From an uncultured Gemmatimonadales bacterium (lineage in GTDB: Bacteria; Gemmatimonadota; Gemmatimonadetes; Gemmatimonadales; Gemmatimonadaceae): a DNA stretch of 64,000 bases. Position numbers and translations under genes: made by a program. Position 1 is the stretch's first letter. Each line of letters starts with the position of its first letter. Shown here piece after piece: positions 48,437 through 58,655 of the stretch. A model generated the notes under the pieces. That model saw only the letters and a program-made list of their open reading frames with translations, was not told where the DNA came from and did no database searches. Where the stretch lies: assembly GCA_963850905.1 (NCBI GenBank), contig CAWKMU010000003.1, positions 1,824,001 through 1,888,000 on the forward strand, in the 5' to 3' direction.

Positions 48437-50596
48437 ATGATTCGCCACTCGATGCCAGGCCGGCGCGCCGTGGTCCGCCTGAGTTGCGTGGTGTGGCTGG
48501 GCATCGCTACGCTCGCAGCCGCTCACAGTTCGCTTGCGCAAGAGACGCCGTCAGACACGTTGCTGACTGTCGGTCACTACTTCGATTTGGAGTCCGTTAG
48601 CGACCCGCAAATCTCGCCGGACGGCTCGCAGATCGTGTACACTCGGCGGTGGGTCAACACCACCGAAGACCGCTACGAGACATCGCTGTGGATCATGCGC
48701 TCGGACGGGACCCATGCCCGGGTCTTCGCCAAGGGCGGATCGCCGCGCTGGTCACCCGATGGCGCGCGCATCGCCTACCTCGCGGAAGGCGAGCCAAAGG
48801 GGTCGCAGATCTTTGTTCGCTGGGTGGAGGGTGACCCTGGTCCGACGCAGCTGACGCGAGCGGCCGCTGGATCCGACATCGCCGACATGAAGTGGGCACC
48901 CAATGGCAAGTCGATCGGGTTTACAATGTTCGTGGCCAAACCGACTTCGTGGGCCATCGACATGCCGAAGGCGCCCGACTCAGCGAAATGGACGAAGGCA
49001 CCCCGCATCGTGGAGACGCTGCACTTCCGCGAGGATCGACGCGGCTTCATCGAGGAGGGTTATCGCCATCTCTACGTCGTCGAGATCGAGGGCGGCCCGC
49101 CTCGTCAGGTGACACATGGAGATTGGAACGTCGGTGCCCGGTTCGATGCGCTGTCCGCGCCGGTGAACTGGGACTGGGCGCCGGACGGACGGACCATGTT
49201 CTTCGACGGGTCCGCGGACGCTGAAGGCGACTACCGGTATCGCGAGTCCAGCGTCTACGCCGTCGACGTCGCGACCGGCACGACGCGCCGCCTGACCAAC
49301 GATCCCGGAGTGTGGACCCATCCCGTGCCTTCGCCTGACGGCCGACGGATCGCCTACACGGGGTACGCGGCGACGAAGAAGACCTATCACGCGAGTGAGC
49401 TGTACGCGATGAACGCCGACGGCAGCGATGCGCACATCGTGACGGCAGCGCTTGACCGCGATGTCGGGGATCTGCACTGGGCGTCGGACAACAGCGGCGT
49501 CTATTTCACGAGTGAGGATCGCGGTACGCGGAACGTGCTGTTTGCGTCGCTGGCCGGCGCCACCGCGGTGCGCCCTGTCACGTCTGGCGAGCACCTGGTT
49601 TCGCTGGGGTCGATCGCCCGCTCCGGCGTGGGTGCCGCCACGGTCTCGACGTGGCGCACGCCCGGCGAGGTGGCGCGTCTCGAGCTCGGGAGTGCTACTG
49701 CAGCCCATGCCCACCCAGCTGGTGGCACTGGTACCCTGACGCAGTTGACGCACGTCAACGACGCCGCACTCTCGCGCATCCACTTGGGCGCGGTCGAGGA
49801 CATGTGGCTGACCTCGAGCGGCGGCGCGCGCGTCCAGGCGTGGGTGGTCAAGCCGCCCGGCTTTGATCCCAAGCTGAAATATCCGCTGATTCTCGAGATC
49901 CACGGCGGGCCGCACGGAGATTACAACATCGGATTCAACTACATGTTCCAGAACTTCGCGGCGAATAATTTCGTCGTGCTGTATGTCAACCCACGTGGCA
50001 GCACCGGGTACGGGTCTGCCTTCGGGGCCGCGATCAGTCAGGACTATCCGGGCGTCGACTACGACGACCTGATGGCGGCGGTCGACACGGTAGTCGGTCG
50101 CGGGTACGTCGACACGCGCAACATGTTCGTTGGCGGCTGCAGTGGTGGCGGTGTCCTGTCCAGCTGGGTCATCGGACATACAACACGGTTCGCGGCGGCT
50201 GCCGTGCGCTGCCCGGTGATCGACTGGATCAGCATGTCGGGTGAGACCGACATTCCGCTCTTCACCTTCGGCTGGTTCGACAAGCCGTATTGGGAAGACC
50301 CGAAGCCGTGGCTCGAACACTCATCGCTGATGTACGTCGGACATGTGACGACGCCCACCCTCATTATGACCGGGGAGCTCGATCGTCGCACCCCAATGCC
50401 CCAGAGTGAGGAGTACTACGTCGCGCTCAAGATGCGCCACGTCCCGACGACACTCCTGCGCTTCGAGGGTGAGTTCCACGGGACCGGTGGCATGAAGCCC
50501 ACGAACTTCCTCCGCACGCAGCTCTACATGATGAGCTGGTACAAGAAGTACATGACGACAACGACAACGGCGGCCGGAAAGGTCGGGGGGCAGTAG
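48437..50596 (+). CDS. S9 family peptidase (acylaminoacyl/dipeptidyl type) with beta-propeller
   Basis: Signal peptide; SPDG repeats; IHGGPH; NPRGSTGYG; GCSGGG; GELDRRTP; EFHG. Confidence 0.92.
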   Translation: MIRHSMPGRRAVVRLSCVVWLGIATLAAAHSSLAQETPSDTLLTVGHYFDLESVSDPQISPDGSQIVYTRRWVNTTEDRYETSLWIMRSDGTHARVFAKGGSPRWSPDGARIAYLAEGEPKGSQIFVRWVEGDPGPTQLTRAAAGSDIADMKWAPNGKSIGFTMFVAKPTSWAIDMPKAPDSAKWTKAPRIVETLHFREDRRGFIEEGYRHLYVVEIEGGPPRQVTHGDWNVGARFDALSAPVNWDWAPDGRTMFFDGSADAEGDYRYRESSVYAVDVATGTTRRLTNDPGVWTHPVPSPDGRRIAYTGYAATKKTYHASELYAMNADGSDAHIVTAALDRDVGDLHWASDNSGVYFTSEDRGTRNVLFASLAGATAVRPVTSGEHLVSLGSIARSGVGAATVSTWRTPGEVARLELGSATAAHAHPAGGTGTLTQLTHVNDAALSRIHLGAVEDMWLTSSGGARVQAWVVKPPGFDPKLKYPLILEIHGGPHGDYNIGFNYMFQNFAANNFVVLYVNPRGSTGYGSAFGAAISQDYPGVDYDDLMAAVDTVVGRGYVDTRNMFVGGCSGGGVLSSWVIGHTTRFAAAAVRCPVIDWISMSGETDIPLFTFGWFDKPYWEDPKPWLEHSSLMYVGHVTTPTLIMTGELDRRTPMPQSEEYYVALKMRHVPTTLLRFEGEFHGTGGMKPTNFLRTQLYMMSWYKKYMTTTTTAAGKVGGQ

Positions 50597-50599
50597 CAC

Positions 50600-50735
50600 G
50601 GGGTCTGGGACGGGCGCTACGCGCCCGAGAAAGGGGAGAGGAGAGAGGAGACGCCAACCACCCGGTCGGCTGTCGTCTCCTTTCTCCTTTCTGGTGTTCT
50701 CCTCTCTCGGGCGCGTGGCGCCCGTCCCAGACCCC
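50600..50735. repeat. 31-bp inverted repeat (one mismatch) enclosing purine/pyrimidine tracts; MITE/REP-like
   Basis: GGGGTCTGGGACGGGCGCTACGCGCCCGAGA at 50600-50630 versus 50705-50735. Confidence 0.8.
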
Positions 50736-50767
50736 AAACCCGAGACCCCGCAGTTTAGTTTCACCAC

Positions 50768-51406
50768 ATGTCCTGGCTGGAACGTCTCGGTCACACGGCG
50801 CGAAACTACCTCGACCGCGCGCGGGAGGTCCCGGGGACCTATCACGTTCGCGGACTGCCGGTGGTTGTCGTCAATCCGCGGCCAGATATCGACACGGAAT
50901 TCGTCCTCGAGCGACTGGATCAGGCGCTTGCCCTGGTCGAGCGGTTTCAGCCCTGGCGGCTCGCCCATATGCGCCGCGATCTCCGCGCGGTATCGGTGGC
51001 GCCGTTCCCGTGTCGGGGGGCGTATTTCCCCACGGAGCGCACGGTCCTCACGGAGCTCAGCTTCCTCGCACGCTCGTCAGAATTCACGCCTGCGCAGGTC
51101 GCATCGTCGGTCGTGCACGAAGGAACGCATGCCAGGGTCCACCGCATGGGCGAGCGCCTCGGCTTCGACTGGGCGGGACGCGACATGGCGCGAGAGGAGC
51201 GACTCTGCCGCCGGTCCGAGCTGGCATTCGGTGAGGCGTTGCCGCCGGAGCTGGCCGGCCCGGTGATCGCGCGCGCCGTCCAATCGCTCGAGCTGACGGA
51301 CGCGGAAGTGGCACCGGTCGTGAATTGGACGGAGGCGCAGGCAGCGAAGGAGCGCTCGGATGCGGCTGCGATCGAGGCGTGGCGACGGCAACGAGGAGAC
51401 GGTTGA
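50768..51406 (+). CDS. Hypothetical protein with HEXXH...E motif (putative zinc metallopeptidase)
   Basis: VVHEGTHARV followed by REERLC. Confidence 0.7.
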   Translation: MSWLERLGHTARNYLDRAREVPGTYHVRGLPVVVVNPRPDIDTEFVLERLDQALALVERFQPWRLAHMRRDLRAVSVAPFPCRGAYFPTERTVLTELSFLARSSEFTPAQVASSVVHEGTHARVHRMGERLGFDWAGRDMAREERLCRRSELAFGEALPPELAGPVIARAVQSLELTDAEVAPVVNWTEAQAAKERSDAAAIEAWRRQRGDG

Positions 51407-51948
51407 CGGCAACGAGCGACGCTGAGCGACGGCGAGTGGAGTTGGTCGAGCATTCGCCCGCCTGGGCCTCTGAAGCCCGCATCGCCGCCGCCCGCCTCGC
51501 CGACGTCCTCGGGTCCACGCTCGTCGAAGTCCACCACGTCGGATCGACGTCGATTGCGGGGATCCGTGCCAAGCCAATCATCGACCTGCTGCCAGTCGTC
51601 ACGGACCTGGACTCCCTCGACGCCGAAGTGGCGCGGCTCGGCGCGCTCGGCTACCAGTGGCGCGGAGAATTTGGTATCGCTGGCCGTCGGTATTGTACGC
51701 TCGACAATGCGGCGACCGGGCGGCGGCTGATGCAGTTGCACGCGTTCGCGGTCGGCCATCCCGAGATCGATCGGATGTTGCTGTTCCGGGACTACCTGCG
51801 GAGCCACCCCACCGAGGCGCGCGCGTATGAGGTGGAGAAGGAGCGCTGCCGCCGGCTGTCCCCGGACAATACCATGGCGTACGCCGCGGCGAAGACCGCC
51901 TGGATCAACTCGTGCGTGACGCGCGCGCGAAGTGCCGCAGCCAGGTAA
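51403..51948 (+). CDS. GrpB family protein
   Basis: HHVGSTSIAGIRAKPIIDL, LLFRDYLRSHP and YAAAKT motifs; TTG start overlaps the upstream stop. Confidence 0.88.
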   Translation: MTATSDAERRRVELVEHSPAWASEARIAAARLADVLGSTLVEVHHVGSTSIAGIRAKPIIDLLPVVTDLDSLDAEVARLGALGYQWRGEFGIAGRRYCTLDNAATGRRLMQLHAFAVGHPEIDRMLLFRDYLRSHPTEARAYEVEKERCRRLSPDNTMAYAAAKTAWINSCVTRARSAAAR

Positions 51949-53260
51949 ACGCGGGATAGCTGAGTGCGAGAATCAGGAGCGCATAGAGGCTGTGTCGTGA
52001 GTCGCTGATTGCCGCCCCGACGAGAAACGCGACCGATCCTACGAGGGCCAGTCCCGTGGTCCACGGATACCCCCTGGTTCGATACGGACGGGGGAGATCA
52101 GGCTCCTTACGCCGCAGCACGAACACGGCCGCGAACGACAGCATGTAGTTGGCGACGAAGAAAAACGTCAGCATCGCGATCACCGCCTCGAACGTCCGCG
52201 TGAGAAGGAATGCCGCGGCGACGAGGGCGCTCACGAACAATGCAGTGATCGGGGTACCACCCTGGTTCAACCGCGTCGCGCGGCCGCTGGCCAAACCATC
52301 GCGGCCAAGGCCGAACACGATGCGCGAAGCCGCCAGCAAGCAGGCAATGATCGTACTCGGCAACGCCAGGACGACAATCCAGCGCACGACCGCGTCGCCG
52401 CGCGCGCCGAAGATCTGGCCCGCGGCAGTCGCCGCCGGGAGCTGCGACTGCGCCATGGCCGGCAGCGATACCACGTGGAGAAAGCCCGCGTTGAGCGCGA
52501 GGTAGATGCATATGATCAGAGCGAGGCCACCGAGGATCGAGCGCGGAAGCTCACGCCCGGGGTCATTGACCTCCTCCGAAAAGTAGAGCGGAGCGGTCCA
52601 CCCATCGTACGTGTAGATGACGCCCTGCATCGCCACCACAAAGCCTGTCATGGTCGGAGCCGCGGCCGGCGCGGCGCTCATCGCGGGAGCCACCACCGAC
52701 CCGTGATACGAAAAACACGCCACGACCAGGGCGGTCAGCGCAACGGCCTTGATCGCGCTCGAGATGCGCTGGGCACGATCACTCGACCTGACGCCGCTCC
52801 ACAGCACGGCCGTGAGCACGGCCGTCACGCCAAGGGCAACGAGTACCGTGTGTCCCCCCAATGCGGGCGCGAGGACTCCTGCCGACTCCGCGAGGACAAT
52901 GGCGATGGCAGCGACGCTGCCACAGGTCGACGCCCAATCACTCCAACCCACGACGAACCCAATGTAGGGTCCGAACGCACGCTCAGCGAAGACGTACTGG
53001 CCGCCGGACTGTGGCAGCATGGCTGCGAGCTCCGACAGTGCATTGGCGCCGAGCATCGCGTAGATGCCCCCAGCAACCCACGCGACAAAGAAGAGGCGCA
53101 GGTCCGGGAGAAGCGCCGCGACGTCGCCAGGCGCGCGCAAAATGCCCGCTCCGATTGTGAGGCCGACGGAGACCGCAATCCCGAATGCCAACCCGAACGC
53201 GCGACGGAGGGCGATTCGCGCGGGGCGTGTCGGCGCGGCTCCGACGGGTATGGCGGTCAC
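51905..53260 (-). CDS. APC family amino acid permease
   Basis: IGAGILRAPG, GGQYVF, YTYDGW, EEVNDPGRELP and PRPYR motifs. Confidence 0.9.
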   Translation of the reverse strand: MTAIPVGAAPTRPARIALRRAFGLAFGIAVSVGLTIGAGILRAPGDVAALLPDLRLFFVAWVAGGIYAMLGANALSELAAMLPQSGGQYVFAERAFGPYIGFVVGWSDWASTCGSVAAIAIVLAESAGVLAPALGGHTVLVALGVTAVLTAVLWSGVRSSDRAQRISSAIKAVALTALVVACFSYHGSVVAPAMSAAPAAAPTMTGFVVAMQGVIYTYDGWTAPLYFSEEVNDPGRELPRSILGGLALIICIYLALNAGFLHVVSLPAMAQSQLPAATAAGQIFGARGDAVVRWIVVLALPSTIIACLLAASRIVFGLGRDGLASGRATRLNQGGTPITALFVSALVAAAFLLTRTFEAVIAMLTFFFVANYMLSFAAVFVLRRKEPDLPRPYRTRGYPWTTGLALVGSVAFLVGAAISDSRHSLYALLILALSYPAFTWLRHFARASRTS

Positions 53261-53414
53261 GAGGTGAGCACGATGTGAGCGGGATGAAGGAATCGGGCTG
53301 CGTACGACGGGCCGAGCGCAAATGCCTATCGACTGGCACGCGCGAAGGCACAAAGGTGCAGCAAGGGGCACTGGCGCGCCACGGAGCAACGCGCCACGTG
53401 GTCCCCATCAACAA

Positions 53415-53906
53415 CTATTCGCGGAACGCGGCCGCTGCGCGGCGGAGGCGCTGGGTCATCGAATCCCAGGGCGGATTCTCATACACGTCGATCGCGCCGG
53501 CGATATGCGTGCCGATCACGCGGATCGCGGGCCACGCCACATCGTGACCACGTGCGCCCGCGATAGTACTCGGCGATCGCGGGTGGTACTCGAAGTTGCC
53601 GCCAAACGTATTGCCGGCGTACTCCACACGGAAACCGTCGGGCAGACCGATCTCCAAATGCCCTGCGAATACCGCGGCTTCGATCGTCGTCGTCTGCGAC
53701 GCGAATCGCGCTCGGCGAAGGTCGAGCCGGACCTTGCCCACCACCGCAACGACGCGGAAATGAGCGGGCACGAGCCAGTCGCCGCCACGCGCCGAGCTGC
53801 CGAGGAAGGCGACGACGCCACCGGGCATCGGCACCGGCTCGTCCGCGGCGATGGCATCAGGGGACTTGCGGGCCACAGGTGGGAGGTTGGACGCGGGCGA
53901 CCTCAT
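53415..53906 (-). CDS. LiaF/DUF1707-C-like protein
   Basis: VAFLGSSARGGDW and GKVRLDLRRARF patterns. Confidence 0.65.
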   Translation of the reverse strand: MRSPASNLPPVARKSPDAIAADEPVPMPGGVVAFLGSSARGGDWLVPAHFRVVAVVGKVRLDLRRARFASQTTTIEAAVFAGHLEIGLPDGFRVEYAGNTFGGNFEYHPRSPSTIAGARGHDVAWPAIRVIGTHIAGAIDVYENPPWDSMTQRLRRAAAAFRE

Positions 53907-53988
53907 ACCTCGGATTACGGCGAAATACCTACCCTGGTTTCAGCCGGACCCGACCCTTATCCGACGCGTCCGATTACCATTGTGTCCG

Positions 53989-54858
53989 GTGTACATCCTC
54001 CTCGCTCTCTTGACGTCGGTCTTGTACGGCGGGGCCGATTTTCTTGGCGCCATCGCGAGCCGTCGGGCGGCCGTCCTGGTCGTGTCGGGTGTCTCGCAGG
54101 CGGCCGGACTCATTGCGATGGCGGTGGCGGTGGCGTTGCTGCCGCGGGCTCACCCAGTGCCGGCCGACTTCTTCTGGGGCGCCGCGACCGGGGTCGCCGG
54201 GGCGTTCTCGCTGGGCTTCTTTTTCTCGGCGTTCGCGATCGGCCGCATCGGTGTCGTGGCGCCCATCGCTGCCGCGGTTGGCGCCGCGATCCCCGTGCTC
54301 GTTGGCGTGACGCTCGGCGAGCGGCTCGGACTGTCGGTCTGGGTCGGCATTGCGCTGGCGGTGGCCGCCATCGTGCTCATCGGATGGGAGCCCAATCCGC
54401 TACGGGTGGCTGGAGATGCGCCGGCAGGCGGCGCGCCGCGCCTGGACCGCTCAGTCGTACTGGCATTGGCAGCGGGACTCGCGATCGGTGCGTTCTACAG
54501 TTGCCTCCAGCGCGCGACGGCTGGCTCCGGGTTGTGGCCCCTCCTCGTCGCCCGCACCGTGTCGTGCCCGGCCCTCTTCCTCGCTGCGCGAGTCAGGCGG
54601 CAGACCTTCGGGAGCTTGCGGGGCGTGGTCCCGATCGTGGTCGGCTCAGGTCTACTCGACATAGTGGCCAACGTCTGCTACTTCGTCGCGGTGCATCACG
54701 GTCCGTTGAGCGTCATCGCGACGCTCGCGTCGCTCTACCCAGCGGCCAGCGTGTTGCTCGCGTACGTCATCTTGCGCGAGCACCTGCACCGGCGCCAACT
54801 CGTCGGGCTCGCCGTGGGCACCGCGGCGATTGCGCTGATCTCGAGCGGCGTCGGATAA
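53989..54858 (+). CDS. DMT/EamA family transporter
   Basis: YGGADFLG, GVVAPI, LGER and SLYPA-VLLA-LRE; about 10 TMs. Confidence 0.88.
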   Translation: MYILLALLTSVLYGGADFLGAIASRRAAVLVVSGVSQAAGLIAMAVAVALLPRAHPVPADFFWGAATGVAGAFSLGFFFSAFAIGRIGVVAPIAAAVGAAIPVLVGVTLGERLGLSVWVGIALAVAAIVLIGWEPNPLRVAGDAPAGGAPRLDRSVVLALAAGLAIGAFYSCLQRATAGSGLWPLLVARTVSCPALFLAARVRRQTFGSLRGVVPIVVGSGLLDIVANVCYFVAVHHGPLSVIATLASLYPAASVLLAYVILREHLHRRQLVGLAVGTAAIALISSGVG

Positions 54859-54917
54859 CGACACCTCGATGCGGACAGTGGATGTCGGTGCCGTTCCCGG
54901 GGTCGCGCGTCCGTGCC

Positions 54918-57038
54918 TTATTGCTGCTCGTACCCGAGCACCTGCCTGTCCTGCAGGTACTTGTCGAACCACGCGAGTATGTGCGCCAGCCGCTCCACAC
55001 GGTGGCGCGGCTTCCCCGACCGCGACAACTCGTGCGTCTCACCGGGGAAGGAAACCATGACGGTGGTTCGGTGCAGCGCCTTCAGCGCACGAAACATCGT
55101 CATGCCGCCGGAGCCGGACGGGGTGCGACTGTCGGCTTCTCCCTCGATCAACATCAGCGGGGTGGTGACCTGCTGGATATAGGTGATCGGTGAGCGTTGC
55201 GCGTAGTCCGCCGGGTCTTGGAACGGTGGCTCACGGAACCAGGAGGGAGTGAAGAGCGTGAAATCGGCGGTGTACCACCACGCCGCCCAGTCGGCGATCG
55301 ATCGCTGGGACACGGCTGCCGCAAACCAATGCGTGTGTCCTACGACCCAGTTGGTGAGCAGGCCACCACCGCTGCCGCCCGTCACGCCTAGCCGCTTGGG
55401 ATCGACGTATCCCCGTGCCAGCAGCGTATCGACGCCGACCATCAAGTCCCGGTAGTCATCGCCCGGATAGTGATACTGAATAACGTTGCCGAACGCCTCA
55501 CCGTACGACGTACTTCCGCGCGGATTTGGCAGCAGCACGACGTATCCACGCGCGGCCATTACCTGGGCTTCGTGGAAGAACGTCTCGCCGTACGCTGCGT
55601 GCGGGCCGCCGTGAATGTTGAGGATCAGCGGGTACTTCGTGCCAAGCGCGAAGTCGGGCGGCTTGTAGATCCACGCCTCGATCATCTTGCCATCGAAGCT
55701 GCGGTAGGAGATGCGCTCGGGCGTGGACAGGCGCAGCCCGGCCATCAACGAATCGTTGATGTGGGTGAGTTGCGTCAACGATCGAGTAGCCGGGTCGAGC
55801 ACGTAGAGATCGCCGATGTGCGTAGCATCGCTCAACGTGACTGCGAAGCGCGCGCCATCGCTCGTCGCGGTGTACGCAACCACATCGTGATCCCCGGTCG
55901 TGATCGGCTCAATATGATGCGACGCCAGATCGATTCGGACGAGGTTCGACCGGCCGTGTTCAGTCACCGCTGTGATGATACTGCGGCCATCCGACGACCA
56001 CACCAGCGGACTCGAGCCGGAGCCTCCGCGCGGGGGGTGCTGATCGCCGGTCAGGCTGCTGCCAACGTCCGCGTCGCCTCCTCGCAGCAGCGGCGTGACG
56101 GCACCGTCGTGCACCACGAACACGCCGGATTGGGTGAATGACTGGCGGTGCGGCGGGTTGAGGTATCCGACAAACGCATAGTCATGACCGTCGGGCGATT
56201 GCTCGACATCATGCACCGGACCGTCGATGTCGACGATCTTGTCCAACGTGCCGCCGTTGGCCGGGATTGCATATTCGTCATCGTCGGGATTTTCGTAGTA
56301 CGGCTCTGCCACCCGGTCCGACAGAAAGCGAATACGTGCGCCGTCGCGCGTCCAGGCGATTGCCTCCTCGTCGTATTGACCGAACGTCAGTTGGCGTGCG
56401 GGGACGGGGCCGTCTCCACCAACCGGGATGTCAACCCGCCAGACGTGCGAGTGACGAGTCGGGTCCAGCCAGCCGCGATCATTGCTCCGATACTCGGCGC
56501 GGGTAATGACGCGGACGTCGCTCAACAGCTTCTTCACGGCCGAGTCCTTGACGGCGGCCTCGGTGTCACGCGGGAGCGCTTGACTCGAGAACGCAAGCGC
56601 GGCGCCGTCGGGCGACCAGACGCCAGGACTGGCGCCTTTGGGGACGTCGGTCAGCTTGCGCGGCTCGCCGCCGGCAAGGGGAAGGAGGAAGAGTTGCGAT
56701 CCGGACGTGTCGTCGCTGGCGCGCAGGAACGCGATCGTGCGGCCGTCGGGCGACCAACGGGGCGCTGCGTCGCGAGGTCCGATCGTCAGACGGCGCGGCG
56801 ACGCGTGGCCGTCCGTGGCCACGATCCAGATGCTCGTCTCGTAGCGGTTCTCCTTTTCGTTGACCGCGACGAGCGTGTACGCGACGTTGGCCCCGTCGGG
56901 TGAGATCCTCGGATCAGCGACCCAGTGGAAGGCCAGCAGGTCGCGATCGGTCATCGCGCGACCTTGTGCCGCCAGCGGTCGCGGTGCGGCTGCCGCGACG
57001 AACGCGACGAGTCCGGCGAAATACGCGTGAGGCCTCAT
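54918..57038 (-). CDS. S9 family peptidase
   Basis: Signal peptide; SPDG repeats; IHGGPH; NPRGSTSYG; GGSGGG; GEADSRTP; ETHELSRSG. Confidence 0.92.
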   Translation of the reverse strand: MRPHAYFAGLVAFVAAAAPRPLAAQGRAMTDRDLLAFHWVADPRISPDGANVAYTLVAVNEKENRYETSIWIVATDGHASPRRLTIGPRDAAPRWSPDGRTIAFLRASDDTSGSQLFLLPLAGGEPRKLTDVPKGASPGVWSPDGAALAFSSQALPRDTEAAVKDSAVKKLLSDVRVITRAEYRSNDRGWLDPTRHSHVWRVDIPVGGDGPVPARQLTFGQYDEEAIAWTRDGARIRFLSDRVAEPYYENPDDDEYAIPANGGTLDKIVDIDGPVHDVEQSPDGHDYAFVGYLNPPHRQSFTQSGVFVVHDGAVTPLLRGGDADVGSSLTGDQHPPRGGSGSSPLVWSSDGRSIITAVTEHGRSNLVRIDLASHHIEPITTGDHDVVAYTATSDGARFAVTLSDATHIGDLYVLDPATRSLTQLTHINDSLMAGLRLSTPERISYRSFDGKMIEAWIYKPPDFALGTKYPLILNIHGGPHAAYGETFFHEAQVMAARGYVVLLPNPRGSTSYGEAFGNVIQYHYPGDDYRDLMVGVDTLLARGYVDPKRLGVTGGSGGGLLTNWVVGHTHWFAAAVSQRSIADWAAWWYTADFTLFTPSWFREPPFQDPADYAQRSPITYIQQVTTPLMLIEGEADSRTPSGSGGMTMFRALKALHRTTVMVSFPGETHELSRSGKPRHRVERLAHILAWFDKYLQDRQVLGYEQQ

Positions 57039-57049
57039 ATGCTCTCCTG

Positions 57050-57149
57050 CGGGCGCTTCGCGCCCGAGAAAGTAGACCCACGGAAAGTAGAAAGTAGACG
57101 TGTGCTTCGCACTGGGCAGTTCTTCGTTGCAGTTCTACCTTCTACTCTC
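57050..57149. repeat. GGGCGC-N4-GCGCCCGAGA hairpin followed by AAAGTAG heptamers and inverted CTAC units
   Basis: Core shared with 50611-50633 and 59392-59441. Confidence 0.55.
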
Positions 57150-57201
57150 AAACCTGCCAATCTCTCCCGTGCCTCCGCGCGAGCGGCCTTCCGTAATCGA
57201 T

Positions 57202-58647
57202 ATGCCTGTCGAGCGATATCGCCTCACCCCCGCCCTCGACATCTCCCGTGTCCTTACCGGTCTGTGGCAGATCGCGGATATGGAGCGCCGTCAACCGGTC
57301 GATGCCGAAGGTGCCACTCGGGCACTTGCCGCATACGTCGATGCCGGGCTGACCACGTTCGACATGGCGGACCACTACGGATCCGCCGAGCAGATCGTCG
57401 GACGGTTCCTCGAGCGCCATGCGAATCGGGACGGAGTCGAGGTCCTGACCAAATGGGTACCGAAGCCGGGTCGGTCGACGCGCGCAGACGTCCGCGCGGC
57501 GGTCGACCGCTCGCTGATGCGTCTCGGCGTCGAGACGATCGACGTCCTCCAGTTTCATGCCTGGAATTATGCCGATCCGAACTGGCTCGATTGTCTGTCC
57601 TGGCTCGAGGAACTGCGCGCGGAAGGCAAGATCCGATCGGTGGGCGTAACGAACGTCGACACGGCACATCTCCGGATCGCCGTGCACAGCGGCATCCGAG
57701 TCGTATCGAACCAGGTCTGCTACTCGCTGCTCGATCAGCGCCCGCGGAATCGCATGGCGGCGTTCTGCCGCGAGCACGGTATTGCCCTTCTGGCGTACGG
57801 GACGCTCGCCGGCGGCCTGCTGACCGAACGATGGCTGAACCGGCCCGAGCCCGATCGCCGAGCGCTCGACACCTGGTCCGAGATGAAGTACGCACGGTTC
57901 ATCGACGCCGCCGGGGGATGGTCGGCCCTCCAACGGTTGCTCCTGGCCGTGCACGGGGTGGCGCTGCGTAATGGCGTTTCGATGGCCAACGTGGCAGGGC
58001 GCTATATCCTCGACCTGCCCGCCGTTGGCGGCGTCATCATCGGCGCGAGGCTCGGACAACGCGAGCATATCTCCGACAACCTGCGGCTCTTCACGACGTC
58101 CCTCGTGGCGGAGGACCGTTTAGAGATCGAGACCGCGCTGGGGGCGCTCGAGGCGATCCCTGGTGATTGCGGCGACGAGTACCGGCGGCCGCCCTTCCTG
58201 ACGGCATTGGGCGATCTGAGTCATCACGTGGAGGAGTTCCCGCCGCCATATCTCGTGGAGTCCCGGCCCCAGGGGCGAGACGTGGTGTTGACGGGCACCG
58301 AGTGGGAGGCGGTAGCGGGCTACTGCCGCGCTCTGCGGCGCGGCAATCGTATCTGGATCTCTGGGACGACCGCGACACATGGTGCTCGTGTCATCGGAGG
58401 GTCCGACGCCGCTGCGCAAATGCACTTCGTCGTCGATAGGATCGAAGGCGCGCTACAGAGCCTCGGTGCACGGCTTGCGGACGTGGTCCGCACTCGGGTC
58501 TACGTGCGTCGCCTATCTGATTGGGAGGCCGTCGCGCGCGCGCACGGCGAGCGGTTCCGCGAGGTCCAACCCGCGAATACGCTCGTGCAGGCCGGGATTG
58601 TGGGCGACGAATATCTCGTCGAAGCGGATGCTGAGGCTGAATTGTGA
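57202..58647 (+). CDS. Aldo/keto reductase fused to a C-terminal RidA (YjgF/YER057c) domain
   Basis: GLWQ, FDMADHYG, TKW, QFHAW and SNQVCYSLLD; then GYCRA, ISGTTA, DVVRTRVYV and PANTLV, with no intervening stop. Confidence 0.88.
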   Translation: MPVERYRLTPALDISRVLTGLWQIADMERRQPVDAEGATRALAAYVDAGLTTFDMADHYGSAEQIVGRFLERHANRDGVEVLTKWVPKPGRSTRADVRAAVDRSLMRLGVETIDVLQFHAWNYADPNWLDCLSWLEELRAEGKIRSVGVTNVDTAHLRIAVHSGIRVVSNQVCYSLLDQRPRNRMAAFCREHGIALLAYGTLAGGLLTERWLNRPEPDRRALDTWSEMKYARFIDAAGGWSALQRLLLAVHGVALRNGVSMANVAGRYILDLPAVGGVIIGARLGQREHISDNLRLFTTSLVAEDRLEIETALGALEAIPGDCGDEYRRPPFLTALGDLSHHVEEFPPPYLVESRPQGRDVVLTGTEWEAVAGYCRALRRGNRIWISGTTATHGARVIGGSDAAAQMHFVVDRIEGALQSLGARLADVVRTRVYVRRLSDWEAVARAHGERFREVQPANTLVQAGIVGDEYLVEADAEAEL

Positions 58648-58655
58648 ACCGGCGA

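Noticed and set aside
53322..55193. 623-aa plus-strand ORF and similar long Arg/Pro-rich ORFs (e.g. 48980-50320 minus, 25773-26846 plus, 5' extension of 59489-61381)
   Set aside because: Shadow frames of well-supported genes in high-GC DNA, with no recognisable motifs
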